A DNA stretch of 64,000 nt, from the NCBI RefSeq assembly GCF_009914755.1, contig NC_060928.1; one strand, given 5' to 3'. The position numbers and the translations under genes were made by a program. The stretch is from the human T2T-CHM13v2.0 reference genome, Homo sapiens. The notes under the pieces are model-generated. The model had not been told where the DNA came from and ran no database searches. It saw only the letters and a list, made by a program, of their open reading frames with translations. Position 1 is the stretch's first letter, and each line of letters starts with the position of its first letter. Positions 1 through 17,056 of the stretch are shown one piece after another.

Positions 1-3542
<3,542 letters not shown>

Positions 3543-4029
3543 TTGTTTTTTTCTGTCTTTTAATGTATAGAATTTTAACATATGTTGTGAATGCAGTCTG
3601 AGGAATTTGAGCAGTGAAGCCCAACAGCAATGCAGCGTCCTCTGACGCTCACTGATATAAAGAAGCATCAAAGTCCTTCTCTGCAGAGGCCAATGATGGC
3701 CCTGGGGGACATCTCCATGGTGTGACCATGCTGAAATTGACAAAGCCTTCTGCAGAGTGTCTTACCAGCCTATGGGCTGTCCTGGGTATCACAGCATTCC
3801 TCTCTGTGCCCCCATAATGTTGGAGCAAACAAAGAGCTGTCATGCTGATTAGGCTGTTCTTGGTAGATAACGCTGAGAGTTCATAGCCAGTTTTCAGATG
3901 GGAAAATTTAAGAGGTGATATGCTTTGCCCTTTGGTCATCCAGAAAGAGGGGGACTTCAGAGAGAAACAGTCTTACACTGTAAGGGGAACTCTACCCTTA
4001 AGGTGATGACAAGCATGGAAAGTCCTCTG

Positions 4030-4210
4030 TGCACATAGACAGGCCTTCGTTTCAATTCTGGCTCCATATTTCCCTTCTTGGTGACCTCTCTGGGTCTCCT
4101 CTGTAAAATGAGCCTAAACATTCAGACCTCATTGTAGACCTCATGGGCTCTTATGAAGATGACAGCAGACAATGCGTGTAAAATGCTGGGCACTTAGTAG
4201 ATGTCAGAGG
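4030..4210. mobile_element. MIR fragment
   Basis: MIR core-like ctctctgggtctcctctgtaaaatgag ... atgcgtgtaaaatgctgggcac. Confidence 0.55.
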
Positions 4211-4503
4211 TCTGTTTCCTTCCTTCTCCCATTACCTAAAATGTCCCATTGGCTTTTCACCAGCTGCATTTTTGCTCCCAGGCCAGTCTCCCTCAGTGTT
4301 TGCTTTAACATCACCATGGAGATCTGAGTTTGATTTAAACAAGAGTCACAGCAGATAGGGATTGAGAGAGAGGCCCTGACTGTAAAGCTTTCAGGGTTAC
4401 AGTGTATTCAATAAATAATTCACTGTGAATCAATGATTTGATGAGGTTAGGCTCTGAGGCCTTGAGGTGCCTTTAAAATGTTCTGGGACAAGATCTGAGG
4501 TGA

Positions 4504-4884
<381 letters not shown>

Positions 4885-4974
4885 TCTTCTCTCCATCTTG
4901 ACTTTAATACCTGCCCTCCCTTGGGTCCGGGCTCCAGGGACCCCTCTGTCACTGCTTCTAGCTTCTCTGCCTAC

Positions 4975-5286
4975 TGACTTTCCTTCTTTTTCTCTTTCCT
5001 CTCTTCCCTTCTGCCTTTTTCCTTCCCTTGCTCCCCCTTTCCCATGTATCCATCCACCTATCTGATCAACCATCAATGCTTTCTTCCTTCCTTCCATTCC
5101 TCTATCTTCTCTCCTCATTTCTATCCACCCTTCCCACCTTTGCTCCTCTCTCCCTCCTTCTCATTCTTCCTTCCATTTGCTATCCATCCACCCATCCATT
5201 TCTTCATTCACTCATCCATCATCTTAACCATCCACCCATCATCCACCCCTCCATCCACCTACCTGCCTTTCCTCCCTCCATCCATT
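4975..5286. repeat. CT-rich / (TCCA)n degenerate simple repeat
   Basis: Repeated tccatccaccca / ttcc motifs. Confidence 0.8.
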
Positions 5287-6681
5287 TAGGCTCCGGGGTG
5301 GGGTGAGCTATGATAACTGATATCTAAGACTCAGAGTTTAGTAGGGGTACAGACAAGGAACCAATCCATGACAGTGGCATGTAATCTACCGTATGGTGGG
5401 GCTGAAAGAACCAGGGAAGCCTTAGACACCCCTACTCCATTGGAGCAGAGGAAGTGGTAGTCAGGTAAGACTTCCTGGAAGGAGATTCACCCCTGGTTCC
5501 CAGACACCACAGCCTCCCTTCTCTTAAAGCTGCCCTCCCTACATAGTGCTTTCAACACTGCTACAGCCACGATGCCTCTTTGTGTCTGCTCCCAGCCCAG
5601 CACACCCCCACCATCCCTAGCACGTATGCTGCCAAGGTCTATCAAGTCTGTGCAGCAGATGCCAGCCATCCTTCTGTAATCCTAGGCTGTGTGGCAGAAA
5701 TGCAGCTGCTGGCCCAGGAGGTGGTAGGGACACTCTGCCCCTCTGTACTCTGGCTGGGCCTGGGTCCCAGCTTCTGCTGTAGGAGCTGCCCGGAGTGTGT
5801 CACGGCCCATCGGGGCTCACCCTGGTGTTGTGTGCCACCCGCGTGTCACTCTCCTTTCCTCCCCTGCATCCTGCTCACTCGGCCTTGCTCCTGCAGGCCG
5901 ATGGCCACCCCCTGGAGTTAGTTCTCAGGGAAAAAGCAAACTGGGGCAGAAAGGGGTCTCAACTTCTTCTGAGTGAGGCTGGCAGCTTCTGCTCCAGCCA
6001 GAGCGTTTGTTCTGAATTTAGCTTTCTGACAGTGTGCAGGGGGGTCTGGCTTCTCTCCCTGGCAGAGTGACAGCCCTGCCCATCCAGACGACCCCGTGCA
6101 TTCTGAGCTCACAGCCAGCTTCCTAGCCCATAAGATCGTCTCAGATGCTTTTTTAAGAACTGGGGGACAGATGCTCAGTGGAGATGGGGAGCCTGAAATG
6201 TCGGGTGATGATTTGATTCTGCACCTGTGATCAGCTGAGAATCGTCTCTCAGGGTTGGTCCTCCCAGCTCTTGAGGATTCTCCCTCCAGAGTTCTCCCAT
6301 CAGCCCCTCCCCACCCCTGGGGCGGGGGCCCTCCCTGCAGGTCTTGCTCCTCCTGCTGGGTCTCCCCAAGCACCCTTGCTGCTTCACCTGTCCCCCTGGG
6401 CTCAGCTGTCCTTTCCCCATGGGAGCCCTTTTGGATCCCTCCTCCCACCCAGGCTGGGTCTTGCCCCACCCCTGGGCTCTCCCAGGGCCTCCGCCACAGC
6501 CCCCATCCTGTCCCCACCATGGCAGGCACCTCCATGTCTCTAGGGTCTGGGTTTTTGTGTTCTCTGCACCTGGCAGAAGCTCTGGGACCACCATGAGCCC
6601 AGGGGCTTTCAGAATGGAATCCACATCCACGAGGCATCATGCGTGAATTTCAGTGTTAACCGCCTCCCATTTCCTCAAACC

Positions 6682-6724
6682 AAGGTACTGGGTAGTGCCT
6701 TAAGGTACTGGGTAGTGCTTTAAG
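6682..6724. repeat. 20-bp tandem duplication
   Basis: AAGGTACTGGGTAGTGCCTT followed by AAGGTACTGGGTAGTGCTTT. Confidence 0.9.
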
Positions 6725-7022
6725 AATCTCTTCTTAAAGACATTCTTAATATGGGCAGGGCCAAATCCCTCTCCAGAAAAATTCTCCCTCAAAAAGTACC
6801 ACATCTTTATATACTGTAATTATAATTTGTGATCATCATAAACACGGCGTAAAAACAATCCCCTGTGTTAACCCCACCTCATGAGATTCGAACTATTCAT
6901 ATTTGAGATAAATATTCTCACTAGTCTTAAGATGCAAATATATACGTGATTTATAAATTTAGAATTCCAATTGAATTATGTATTAAACATGTTCTTATGA
7001 TCCTCCGTATTTTCACAGCTGC

Positions 7023-7319
<297 letters not shown>

Positions 7320-8084
7320 CACAACTGCTATTTTTTAATGGCTGTATAATATAGTTTCACATGAAGGAGGTGTTAATTATTTAACCAAGTCCTCATTTTT
7401 AGACCTCTGAGTCATTTCTGATTTTCACTAATGCCGAGATGTAAAGGGAGCTGTGGTGGGTGTCCTTGTACATACCCTGCCCCACGTCTCTATGTTCTTA
7501 GGGTAAGCTCTTCTGTGTGCCCTTTTCCTCCTGCCTATCGGATTGCAGGGTGCTGGGATTCTGGCGTGGCTTTGGGTGTGTGGAGGGCCTGTCTCTGAGG
7601 CTGTTGCTGATGTTACTGGAGGATGTAGAGACGAAAGAGCCATTTAGGGAAGAGGTAGTAAGATACATGTGAGATCAGCCTCCTTTCCTGGTGTGAATGT
7701 ATCTCCAGCTAAAGGAAAGCTCGACAAGGCGAGACAAGGATACGCTTGCTATTCTGTAAATCCCATTAACGGATGCAGGCGCTGCTTTAGGCATCAACAA
7801 TTCAGACTGCACAGAACACTGGGGCCAGCCAACCAGGATCCTGCCAACCAGCAGAAGAACAGAGGACCCAGGGTGGTAGCCCACAGTTGCACATGGCAAG
7901 ACCTGGCTGCACTTAGGTGGTAAGGAGCCCCGTCCTACCCCCGGGCATGCTGGGATAGGTTCCCCTAGGAGGGACTTTGGAAATAGCTTCTGAGGGATGA
8001 ATAGAAGTTTTCCAGGCAGGGAAGGGCAAGTGGAACAGAGGAAGGCAGTCTAGGCAGTGGGAGCCGCGGGGCAATGGCTTGGAG

Positions 8085-8732
8085 TGTTGTACCCAGGCAA
8101 GTTAAGGAAACACCACACTTTGAGATGAATTAAGAGTCTTTTATTAAGCCGGCGGCCAAAGAGACAGCTAATGCTCAAAATTCTCTCGGCCACGAGGAAG
8201 GGGCTCGATTAACTTTTATACCTAGGTTTAGGAAGGGGAGGGGGACTCAAATGTAATAATTCTACAGAAGTAAAAACATGCAAGAATCAAAAGAATCAAA
8301 ATGGTTACAGAGTGATAAACAACTTAAAAGACAAATGGTTACAAGAAGAGCAACGGTACCAGGTGCAAGGTTCTAAATCTTTCATTATAATTAGATATAG
8401 GGTCTATGCTGGACACGAACTCAAGGTTTTATGTTGTTATTTTTTGGAGAAAATTCCTGGGAACTTCATACATGGTTGGTGTTGGTACCTTATCAGTTAA
8501 TTGCGCTCCTTTGAAATGCTGAGGATCTGTTTACCCAGGCCAACTCCTCACAAAACGGGGTTGGGTGAGGAGCCCTTAGTGTCTTGTAAATTAAGGGGTC
8601 AGTTGGAGTTTGTCCGGCTTTCCTAGCTAGAGAGAGTCTTATTTACATGAGAAGCAAGGCTAGGTGATTAAAGAGACAAGCAGGACAAAATTCAAAGTAA
8701 TGAGTTAAAGTAAAAACGAGGTAGGCATTTCA
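8085..8732 (-). mobile_element. Solo ERV1-class LTR (LTR6/HERVS71-like), 648 bp
   Basis: TG...CA termini with perfect 4-bp TSD GGAG (8081-8084, 8733-8736); minus-strand TATAAAA ~8214-8220 and AATAAA ~8140-8145. Family assigned from remembered similarity to the LTR6 consensus. Confidence 0.85.
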
Positions 8733-8796
8733 GGAGGCTGGGAGCTGCCGGGGTTTTGGGGCACGCCTTGGTAAGTGCATAGGCTGGTGGCCAGGA

Positions 8797-9292
8797 TGTC
8801 CTGTTTTCCATGGCTGCCGTAAAAATGACCACAAACATAGGACTTGAAGCAACACAGGTGTGTCATCTTACAGCTCTGGAGGCCACAAGTTCAACCAGGT
8901 CCTACTGGGCTCCAGTCAAGATGTGGACCGGGTCGTTTCTCTCCCAGGGCTCTAGGAAAGAATCCATTCTCTTGCCTTCTCCAGCTTCTAGAGTTGGAAT
9001 GCAGAGGCTGCCTGCCATCCGTGGCTCAGGCCTTCCCTCCCAAGCCAGCAGCGTCACCTCCCTCTGACCCTTTTTTTGTTGTCCCACATTGTTCTCTGAC
9101 CACAGCCAGAAAAGGTTCTGCCTTTTAGGGACCCCTGGGGTGACACTGGGCCCACCTGGATAATCTAGGATAATCTTCCCATTTCTAGGTCCTTAATCAG
9201 ACCTGCAAAGTCCCTTTGGCCAGGTAAGGTAATATGCTTGCGCTGTGAGCATTAGGATGTGGACCTGTTTTGGGGACCTTTATTTTGTTGAA
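8797..9292 (-). mobile_element. MaLR LTR (MLT1C/D-like)
   Basis: Characteristic ggctgccgtaaaaatgaccacaaac ... cttacagctctggaggccacaag ... gggcccacctggataatctaggataatcttccc ... ttaggatgtggac. Confidence 0.8.
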
Positions 9293-9399
9293 CACACAGG
9301 CATGAAGGCATCTAGAACGATGGTCAGAAGTTATCAGTTGAAGGCCTTGCTGGGGCACCAAGATTGAACACAAGATGTGAAGAATCGTTTCTCGATAAC

Positions 9400-9900
9400 C
9401 TAATTTTGTAAACATTCTTGAGCATGCCCTCTGTGCTAGGCACTTTGCCAGGTCTTAGGATTGACCAACCTTGACAAAGAGGAAGGGATGGATAGGGGCC
9501 CAACATCCAGTGTTGAGGGCCCTGCAGAAGAGGGCAGTTGGGCATTTCAGAGGAGATGATGTCTGAACTGGACTTTGAAGGATGGATAGGAGTTTTCAGG
9601 CAGACAAGGGAAACATGATGTGCAGAAACACAGAGGCATGTAGCAGCCTGGTGTGGAGGGACCCTAAGGAGTTTAGAGCGGCTAAAGCGTTAGGTGGGAG
9701 GAGGATGGCAGGGGAGTGCACTAGTGATCTAGCCAGGGTTGGATTAAGGAGGCCTCATGTGCCGGCCGGAGGGGCCTGGACTCTGTTCTGTAGGTGATGG
9801 GGAGTTAGGCCTGGGATTTCAGTAAGTTAGGCTTGTGGACTCGAGCAAACATTTGGCTGCAGCGTTCGTAGGGGACAGGGAGGAGGAAATTGCAGGGGTT
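9400..9900 (-). mobile_element. L2 fragment
   Basis: aaacattcttgagcatgccctctgtgctaggcact ... ctgaactggactttgaaggatggataggagttttcaggcagacaaggg. Confidence 0.6.
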
Positions 9901-10099
9901 TAGGGAGGCACTTTTTCAGCCAGTGGGCAAAGGAGGCGTGGTATTCAATAGGGTGCTTGGCCCACAGAGCTCCCCCTCCTTGCCCTCCAGGACACAGTTG
10001 AGTGCAAAGTCCAAGCATGTGTGTTCCTGGAGGGGCTGAGTCTGGGGCAGGACTCAGTACTTTGCATTCTCCCACTCCCACTGATGCCCTGTGTACGGT

Positions 10100-10603
10100 G
10101 CATACACACACTCATGCACGCTCACACAGACACGCACGCTTCCTCCTCCATACTGACACACTCACACACGCCCACACGTGCATGCATGTGCACATGCACA
10201 CACACACACATGCAGACACATGCTCACACTTGTGCGTATACACAGACACGCATATGGACACATTCACACACAAGCACACACATGCATGCATGCACACACT
10301 TGTGTGCACACTCAGACACGCATGCATGCACTCACTCACACTTGTGCACACACTCAGACACACACACGCATGCACACACACTTGTGCGCACACAGACACA
10401 TGCATGCATGTACACACACGCTTGTGCACACACAAACATGCATGCATGTACACACTTGTGAACACACACAAACATGCATGCATGCACACACACACTTGTG
10501 CATGCTCAGACACACACATATGCATGCACACACACGTGTGCAGACACACTGACACATTCACACACACGCACACATACTCTCGCACACACACACCCACACA
10601 CCC
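10100..10603. repeat. Degenerate (CA)n/(CATG)-rich microsatellite block
   Basis: About 500 bp of cacacaca/catgcatg/cacttgtg alternating purine-pyrimidine sequence. Confidence 0.95.
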
Positions 10604-11129
10604 ATGCCTCTGCCTGTGGTCTGCAGAAGAGCAGAGCGGGGTCTCCTGCTCTTTGCATTAAAGTGACATTCTGCCCTGGGGATATGATGCATTTTAATGA
10701 AGCCCCCCACCCCGGGGTGGGAAACACGAGGAAACTGTCTTTGTTTTCTGTTATGTAGTAAACCTCGCTTGAGTGTGCACTGAAGGATGGAGCCATAAAC
10801 CTGTTTACAGGGCAAGCAGCATCTGGGATTATGCCGGCGGCCGAGTGGCATGGAGGGCGAGCTAGACTTGTCCAGGGATGATGCTCTTTTTATAAGGGTC
10901 CTTGTGGAGTGGCTGAGAGATGGCAGCGCCAGGAAGCCCAAGTCCTGCCTTTCTTGGAGCCCTGCTTTTCCTGTCCACAAAATGGGAGCTGACAGGATTG
11001 CATATGGGCCACTCTGGATGGAGTTTGCTTAGCACAGGGGCTAACACAGGGAGCAGTTTTTATTATGCTACGGATGGTAGCTTGGGGGTAGAAGCTAGTG
11101 TTTGTCTGAGATTGGGAGAAGCACGGGCA

Positions 11130-11262
11130 CCCTAATTCTGGAAGTCCCAGCTCTGCCATTTATGAGTGACCTTGGGCAAGTCCTCTGCTGTTTCTAATCC
11201 TGTTCTCCCACCTTTAAAACGGGTCTGCTGAGATGGGGCAAAGGTGCTTTGTGAGGTCCTCA
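11130..11262. mobile_element. MIR fragment
   Basis: gtcccagctctgccatttatgagtgaccttgggcaagtc...ctttaaaacggg. Confidence 0.6.
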
Positions 11263-11779
11263 GTGACTGTGGGACCCGCTCTTCCCGGAACGTGGCCCTT
11301 GGCCCCTATCACTTCCCCTGACCCTGCTGGGCCTCGGCTTGCCCAGGCGTGCACTCCTCTGGTCCCTGCATCAGGCCTCTCCTATCTGCAGAAGATGCAG
11401 AGAGCTGAGTCGCCCTTTTCAATTCAATGGGGAGTGAGAAGCGGAGGCCTCTGAGCCAGCCCCAGTTGGGAACGGGTCGCTGAAGGCTCCCAGGGCACAT
11501 GAAGGGTGAGGGGGAGCAGCCCCACCAAGGGGCAACAAGTTTTCAGTTGATGCCACAGGAAAACATAAGAGTGAGCCAGCAGAAGGCTAGAGGGGCCCTG
11601 GGGTCAGTGGAGCTTCATGGCTGGTGTCTGGCTCATCAGATGTTTATGAAGCCCTTACCAGGCACTTGGCCTGTGTCAGGTGCCATCAGCTGGAGGCTCT
11701 TACCAGTTACGCTGTCACTTCTTCCTCCTCCTCCTCACCACACCCACCTTCCCTTCCTCCTTCCCTTTTTTCTGAGTTT

Positions 11780-12110
11780 TTCTGAGCGCTCAGCACATTT
11801 CAGGTGTACCCTAGACTCCGGAGATTCAATGTTGAATGAGGCAGACACAGCCTCTGTCCCCATGGGGCTCGCGTTCTAGCAGGGAGGCAGACAAGTCACT
11901 GGGTGATGCCCATTCAGTGATATGAGCTGTCCCATAGGGAGGAAGTGCTGCGGAAGTGCACGGGACGGGGCAGCAATGCAGGCCCAGGGGTCGGGCTGGC
12001 TGGCCTGGGGGAAGTGCTCTCCCGCCAAGACTTCAGGATGAATCTAAGTTAGCCAACAGTTAGAGGGAGTATTTCAGAGCAGACCACCCACGCAAAGTCT
12101 GAGAGACTGA
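11780..12110 (-). mobile_element. L2 fragment
   Basis: tgaatgaggcagacacagcctctgtccccatggggctcgcgttctagcagggaggcagacaag. Confidence 0.6.
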
Positions 12111-12302
12111 CAATGGATGGGACATTAAGCGCGAGGTGGAGTTGGCAGGGCGCAGGACTGTGGGGGTCACAGAGATCATTGTCTCCACTCCACGAGGACC
12201 CTTATAAAAATAGTATCATGTCTCAAAAAGTCTAGCTCAGAAATTAGAGGTGATGGAAGCTGTGCCCTCTGCAGAATGAACATTGAAGTTGCAGTGAGGG
12301 TG

Positions 12303-12815
12303 ATATATCAGTTAGCTTTTGCTGCGTAACAAATGACCCCCCCCCCACACCAGATTTGTAGATTAAAACAACAGTCATTTATTGAGCTTACGATTCTGTG
12401 AATGGGCAATGTGGGCTGGGCTCAGCTGGCTGGATCTTTGGTTATTGACTGGGCTCAATCTTACATCTGTAGTAAGCAGCCAGTTATCTTGGTGGCTCTC
12501 TTTCTGAGGCTTGGCTGGCCTTTGCCTGGGGCAATGGGGAAGACTGGGCCAAATGACTCTTATCCTCCAGCAGGTTAGCCTGGGCTTATATACACAGGGC
12601 ACCTGGGCAGAGGTTCAAGAAAGAACGGCAGCACATAGGTCTCAAGGCATGGACTTGGAAGTCACGTAAGATCACTTCTGCAAATCTCATTGACCAAAGC
12701 AAATCACAAAGATTGACCTTTATTCAAAAAGTGAGGAAATAACTCCACTTATTAAAGGAAGGACCATTGCAAATGGGTGTGGATACAGGGAGGGGATGAA
12801 TTGCAGCCATTTTTT
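12303..12815 (-). mobile_element. Old MaLR LTR (MLT1G-J-like)
   Basis: tatcagttagcttttgctgcgtaacaaatgaccc ... gggctgggctcagctggctgg ... cacttctgcaaatctcattgaccaaagcaaatcacaa. Confidence 0.75.
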
Positions 12816-13451
12816 TCAACAGAGGTATTTGGTTTGGAGAAGAGAAGGTATGAGGCTAGTTCCCAACTGCTGAGTGCTTTCTGGGGTTCAGGAGACAGGC
12901 AGTTCCATAGGGTCCTGAGGGCAAAGCTAGGATCCAGGACTCCATCTGGAGAAGACCTTTTTGCTGGGTAGAGGTCTCTCATGGGGTCTGGCTGGCCTTG
13001 GACACTGGAGGAACCAGGAAAGGCTGTGTGAGCCTTGGTGAGAGACACATGGCCAGAACTCAGGTTACAGAGAAAGGGTGGCCTCTGAGGTTATAGCAAT
13101 GGGCCCTGTATTGAATGGACCACATGCTCTGGTTGACCTTTGCAGTCAGTGCTCCAGGCATCCAATCCTCTGCCTATTTGCAAAGCGTTGCAATAAAGAG
13201 CCCATAATCTCTCGAGTGCATGGATTTCTTCCTGTGGAAGCTCATCAGTTTCTCACTTTTCCTCTGTAAACACTGGTGTTTTGAGTCAGCCTTCTTCCAA
13301 GGCGAGCTGGTGTCATCTGAACTGCAGATTGGCAAGCCCATCTCAGACAAACAGGCCTCTCTGCACTGGTCCAAGGACTTGGCTGAGACATGCTGGGTCT
13401 GCAGGAAAGTGTAGATGGAAGCCAGATCTCTGGATCTAAGAGGCAGCAAGC

Positions 13452-13830
13452 TATGTCAGGGTAGGCTTGCTGCTGTAGCAAACAGCCCCAGTGATTCAGT
13501 GGCTTCCTAGGATGAAGTTTCTCACTTGTGCAATGGTCCAATGTGGGTATTCCTAGCCAGGTGCTTCCTGGGCAGCTCTTCTCTGAGCATTGTGATGCAG
13601 GGACTCAGATTCCTTCCATCCTGTAGCTCTGCACACTCCTCTCCCGCTAACCAGGGCCTAAGAGTCCTCCAGTCTAGCAGGCCGGGGAGACAAGAGAGCA
13701 TGGATTATACACAGAGGACTTCCAGCCACACTCTGTCAGCCAGATCTCAGCCACTGGGCTGCTCCCATCTGCAAGGGAGGTTGGGAAATGTAGTCCACAA
13801 TGTGCCTGCGGGGCAAGGATTTGGCTTGTG
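13452..13830 (-). mobile_element. Old MaLR LTR (MLT1J/K-like)
   Basis: tgctgtagcaaacagccccagtgattcagtggctt ... gcagggactcagattccttccatcctgtagctctg ... gcaagggaggttgggaaatgtagtc. Confidence 0.65.
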
Positions 13831-13879
13831 AACACCCAGCTGGCTCCAGTAGAAAATGGCTGCAGCAACGCCAGTTTTG

Positions 13880-14030
13880 GAGTCAGCAGACTTGAGTGTC
13901 AAGCTGGCTCTCCCATCTCCCATCTAGGGCTCTCTGGGCCTCAGCGTCCCCATCTGTAAAATGGGCACAGTGATATTCTCCACCTTGCAGGTTTGTGGGA
14001 GCCTTGGATGAGATCAAGCAGTGAAAGCAC
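13880..14030. mobile_element. MIR fragment
   Basis: ggagtcagcagacttgag...gcctcagcgtccccatctgtaaaatgggcacagtgata. Confidence 0.65.
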
Positions 14031-14949
14031 CAAGCCATATCCTGGCTGGGCACAGGTCCCAGGAGAGCTAGCTGAGACTCAGAGAGTGTCCAGGGCTCAG
14101 GTCCAGTTGGCACAGCAGCCAGTGGACATGTGGGGGCACTGGAGAGGTTCTGGCAGCTTCTTTCATGTGCAGCTGGAGGCAGACCTCATGGGACTCAGGA
14201 AGGCAGGGTGTCCAGTGTGGCCATGGAAGGAAGTCTGGTGTCACTGGAGGGGCTGCACACCTTGCCTGCTTGTCCTCTTTCCTGACCCCACTGAGCCCAT
14301 TGCCTCCCCTGAGCCCCGTGCCCCATCTAGCAAGCTAGGGCAGTGGCAGTCACATACCTGGGGAGGACTCCGTGGGATTCAGGACCCACACGGTCCTGAG
14401 GCTTCTTCTTAGACCTTATCCACCATGCCCCACCAGCCAGCCCGCCTGCCACCGTCACAAGCTGGAGCCTGCACGGCATGCTTGATGCCACTCAAAGCTT
14501 AAGTAGGTTCTCGGCTTGGCGTGGAGCCTCTCGCTTGCCTCCTCTGCCCGCCTGTCTCCTCTGCCTGCCGTTGCAGGGGACAGCAGGGTGCCCAGTGCCC
14601 CACTCAGCACGTGCGTACCAGCAGATGTTTGCCATCACTGGTGTTTGGTTCTGCCCTCCTCCTTGGAGATGGAGACCCGGGCCTGGTTCCCAGTTCTCTC
14701 TTGGGTGCTCAGGGACCCTAGGGCTGTTTCGCTCCATCCCTTGCCCACACAGTGTTTGCATTTAAACTTCTGCTTGGGTCCCCAGCACAAGCTGTTGGCT
14801 GAAGCCCCAGGGAAGGCACTGGGCTCTGCAGTGAGTCAGAGGGGGCACCCACCTGGGTCATCTGGTGCACCACGCCATGCGTTTCCCACGAGAGTCCCTG
14901 TTCCCACAGCTTCTCCTGTGTCTCCTCTCTGCTCTAGAGAGAGTGCATG

Positions 14950-15150
14950 AGAGGTGGCTAAGAACGCAGGCTTGTGGACCTGATAGATCTGAGTTCCAGT
15001 CCTGGCTCTGCCTCTTGTTAACTGTGTGGCTTTCGGGAAGTGACTTTCCCCCTCTGAGCCTGGTTTACTGCATCTGTGATAATAGAGTTGCTGGGTTGCG
15101 GGGTCCAGTGGTAATGGATGTAAAACACAGAGCCCAGGCCTGGCTTCTAG
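14950..15150. mobile_element. MIR
   Basis: gtggctaagaacgcaggcttgtgg...gagttccagtcctggctctgcc...ctgagcctggtttactgcatctgtgataat. Confidence 0.7.
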
Positions 15151-17056
15151 CCAGCGCCAGGGAATACTCGTCATCGTCGTTCATGGTCATTCTTTAGCAG
15201 CACTGTACTTCTTGGCAATGGGAGTGTGGGGGGTGAGGTTCTTGCCCCCCATAACTCCCTTTGTGTGTCTCCTAAGCCACAGCCTGGCCTCCCTCTCCAG
15301 TGGCTCCGGGGACAGCGAGTGACTGTGCACAGGCTCGGCCCTGGGGTCTGGAGCCCCCGCTGGCTCTGTGGGACGGCCACTGCGGCCCCTCTCTGGTCTC
15401 CCTGTTCCTGCTTTGGCCTCCTCCAGTCTGGAGGGCTCCTGTCACTGAGGCCTCCTGCCTGCCACCTTGCAAATGAAATCCAGTGGGCTTGCAGGAGAGG
15501 GAGTGCAGGGGCTGGGGCGGGCTTGCAGGAGAGGGAGGGCAGGGGCGGGGCGGGGCTGGGCATCACGCTCCCTCCCCCATGGTCGACCTTGAGATGCTCA
15601 CTTCCCTTGTCGACCCCCACCTCCTCATCTGTGAACTGAAGTGGGAGGGGTTGAACCACACCGGTGCAGTCCAGCCTGGTCGGTGCCCCCTTTGCTACTT
15701 TTCCTCCATGAGCCCTGCATTTCGGAAAACCAAGTCCACCATCTTGTACAGGTTAATCGTCACCCACCTAACGTGGTCAGACACGCCACCTGGGTTCAGC
15801 ATGTCAGAACCTGTGCCTCCGTCACCATCCATTCTCTGACCTTCTCCTGTCACTGCCCTCTTGAGTGGGCCACCTGGGCTGATTTGTCTCAGAGCCCAGC
15901 TCAGCCTCCTCGGGCCATGCCGTTCTCTGGGACAAGGGGCCCCCAGGCTGGGGGAATGTGCTGCCCGGAGCCTGCAGCCTCCTCTAGGTCCTGGATGCCC
16001 TGCCCGCTTCTACAGCCTGGGCAGGCCCTTCCCGTGGCCTTCCTTTCCATGGACACTGCCCGTGGGCCCACAATGGCTGCCTAGGGAGAGAGGTGTGTGG
16101 ACCGGGCTGGTGTGTAGGGGCTGGGGTCTACACTCAAGTTTGAGACCCCCTGCTGTGCAAGTCAGAGCTGGGGGCAGAGGTGGGGTGGTCCCAGGCCCCC
16201 TTGGTGCTCCTGCCCTAATCCCCTTGTGTGTGAGTGCTGGGCTAGGTTGCCATCCAGGCCATCTCTCAGACCCACACACTCCTTAGTGTCTCCCTCATCT
16301 CATCCACCTGCAATTCCTCCAGGATGTCCCGGAACAGGGACCTCCTCTCCCATCCTGTGGCACCGCCGTCTCTCGCCTGGACGCCACAACCCAGGTCTCC
16401 CTGCGCCTGCCCTTGTCCCCGAGAGTCCGTTCCAACACCAAAGTGAACTTCAGAGAGCACAGAGGCCTCGTCACTGCCTGCTAATAACTGACCCAGGGCT
16501 TCTCAGCACACCCGGAGGTCCATGCAGCCTCCAGGGCACCCCGCGGGGATCCGCAGACCACGGCCCCTCTCCATGGCCAGATCTCTAAAGGCCCTAGTAT
16601 GTACCCGCCCCAGCACCTGCCACCCCTCCCCTACCCCCCACCCCTCTCTCCACTTCTCAGCCTTCACCCCAGCTCATCCCTCCCAGGGAACTTCTCCTGA
16701 TCTGCTGGCTCTGATTCCTCAGATGCCAGCTGAAGGCCACCTCCTCCGAGCCACTCCCCGCACCCATCCACGCTAGGGGAAGGTGCCCTCCCTGTTGGAG
16801 GCTCTGACTCCGTGCTGTTTTCTCTTCATTGCACTGATCATAACCGCTCAGGACTTAAATGCATTATTGCTGATGATATTATTTTAATGCAGTTTCCTGT
16901 TAGAACATTATAATTGTTATTATTTCTTTATCTGTGGCCTGTGTGTCTGCTCCATTAGGTGACAGGCTCAAGGGAGCAGCATCCCTGGCTATGTGGTTCA
17001 CTGTTGGATTCCAGTGCCTAGAGCTCTCCTGTGGTGTGGAAAGCAGGGGCCGGAGG

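Noticed and set aside
5918-6640. 240-aa ORF (and similar 265-aa ORF at 18192 and 242-aa ORF at 41117)
   Set aside because: No recognisable domains; composition is typical of chance ORFs in GC-rich DNA.
10002-10661. His/Thr- and Cys/Val-rich ORFs
   Set aside because: CA-repeat translations.
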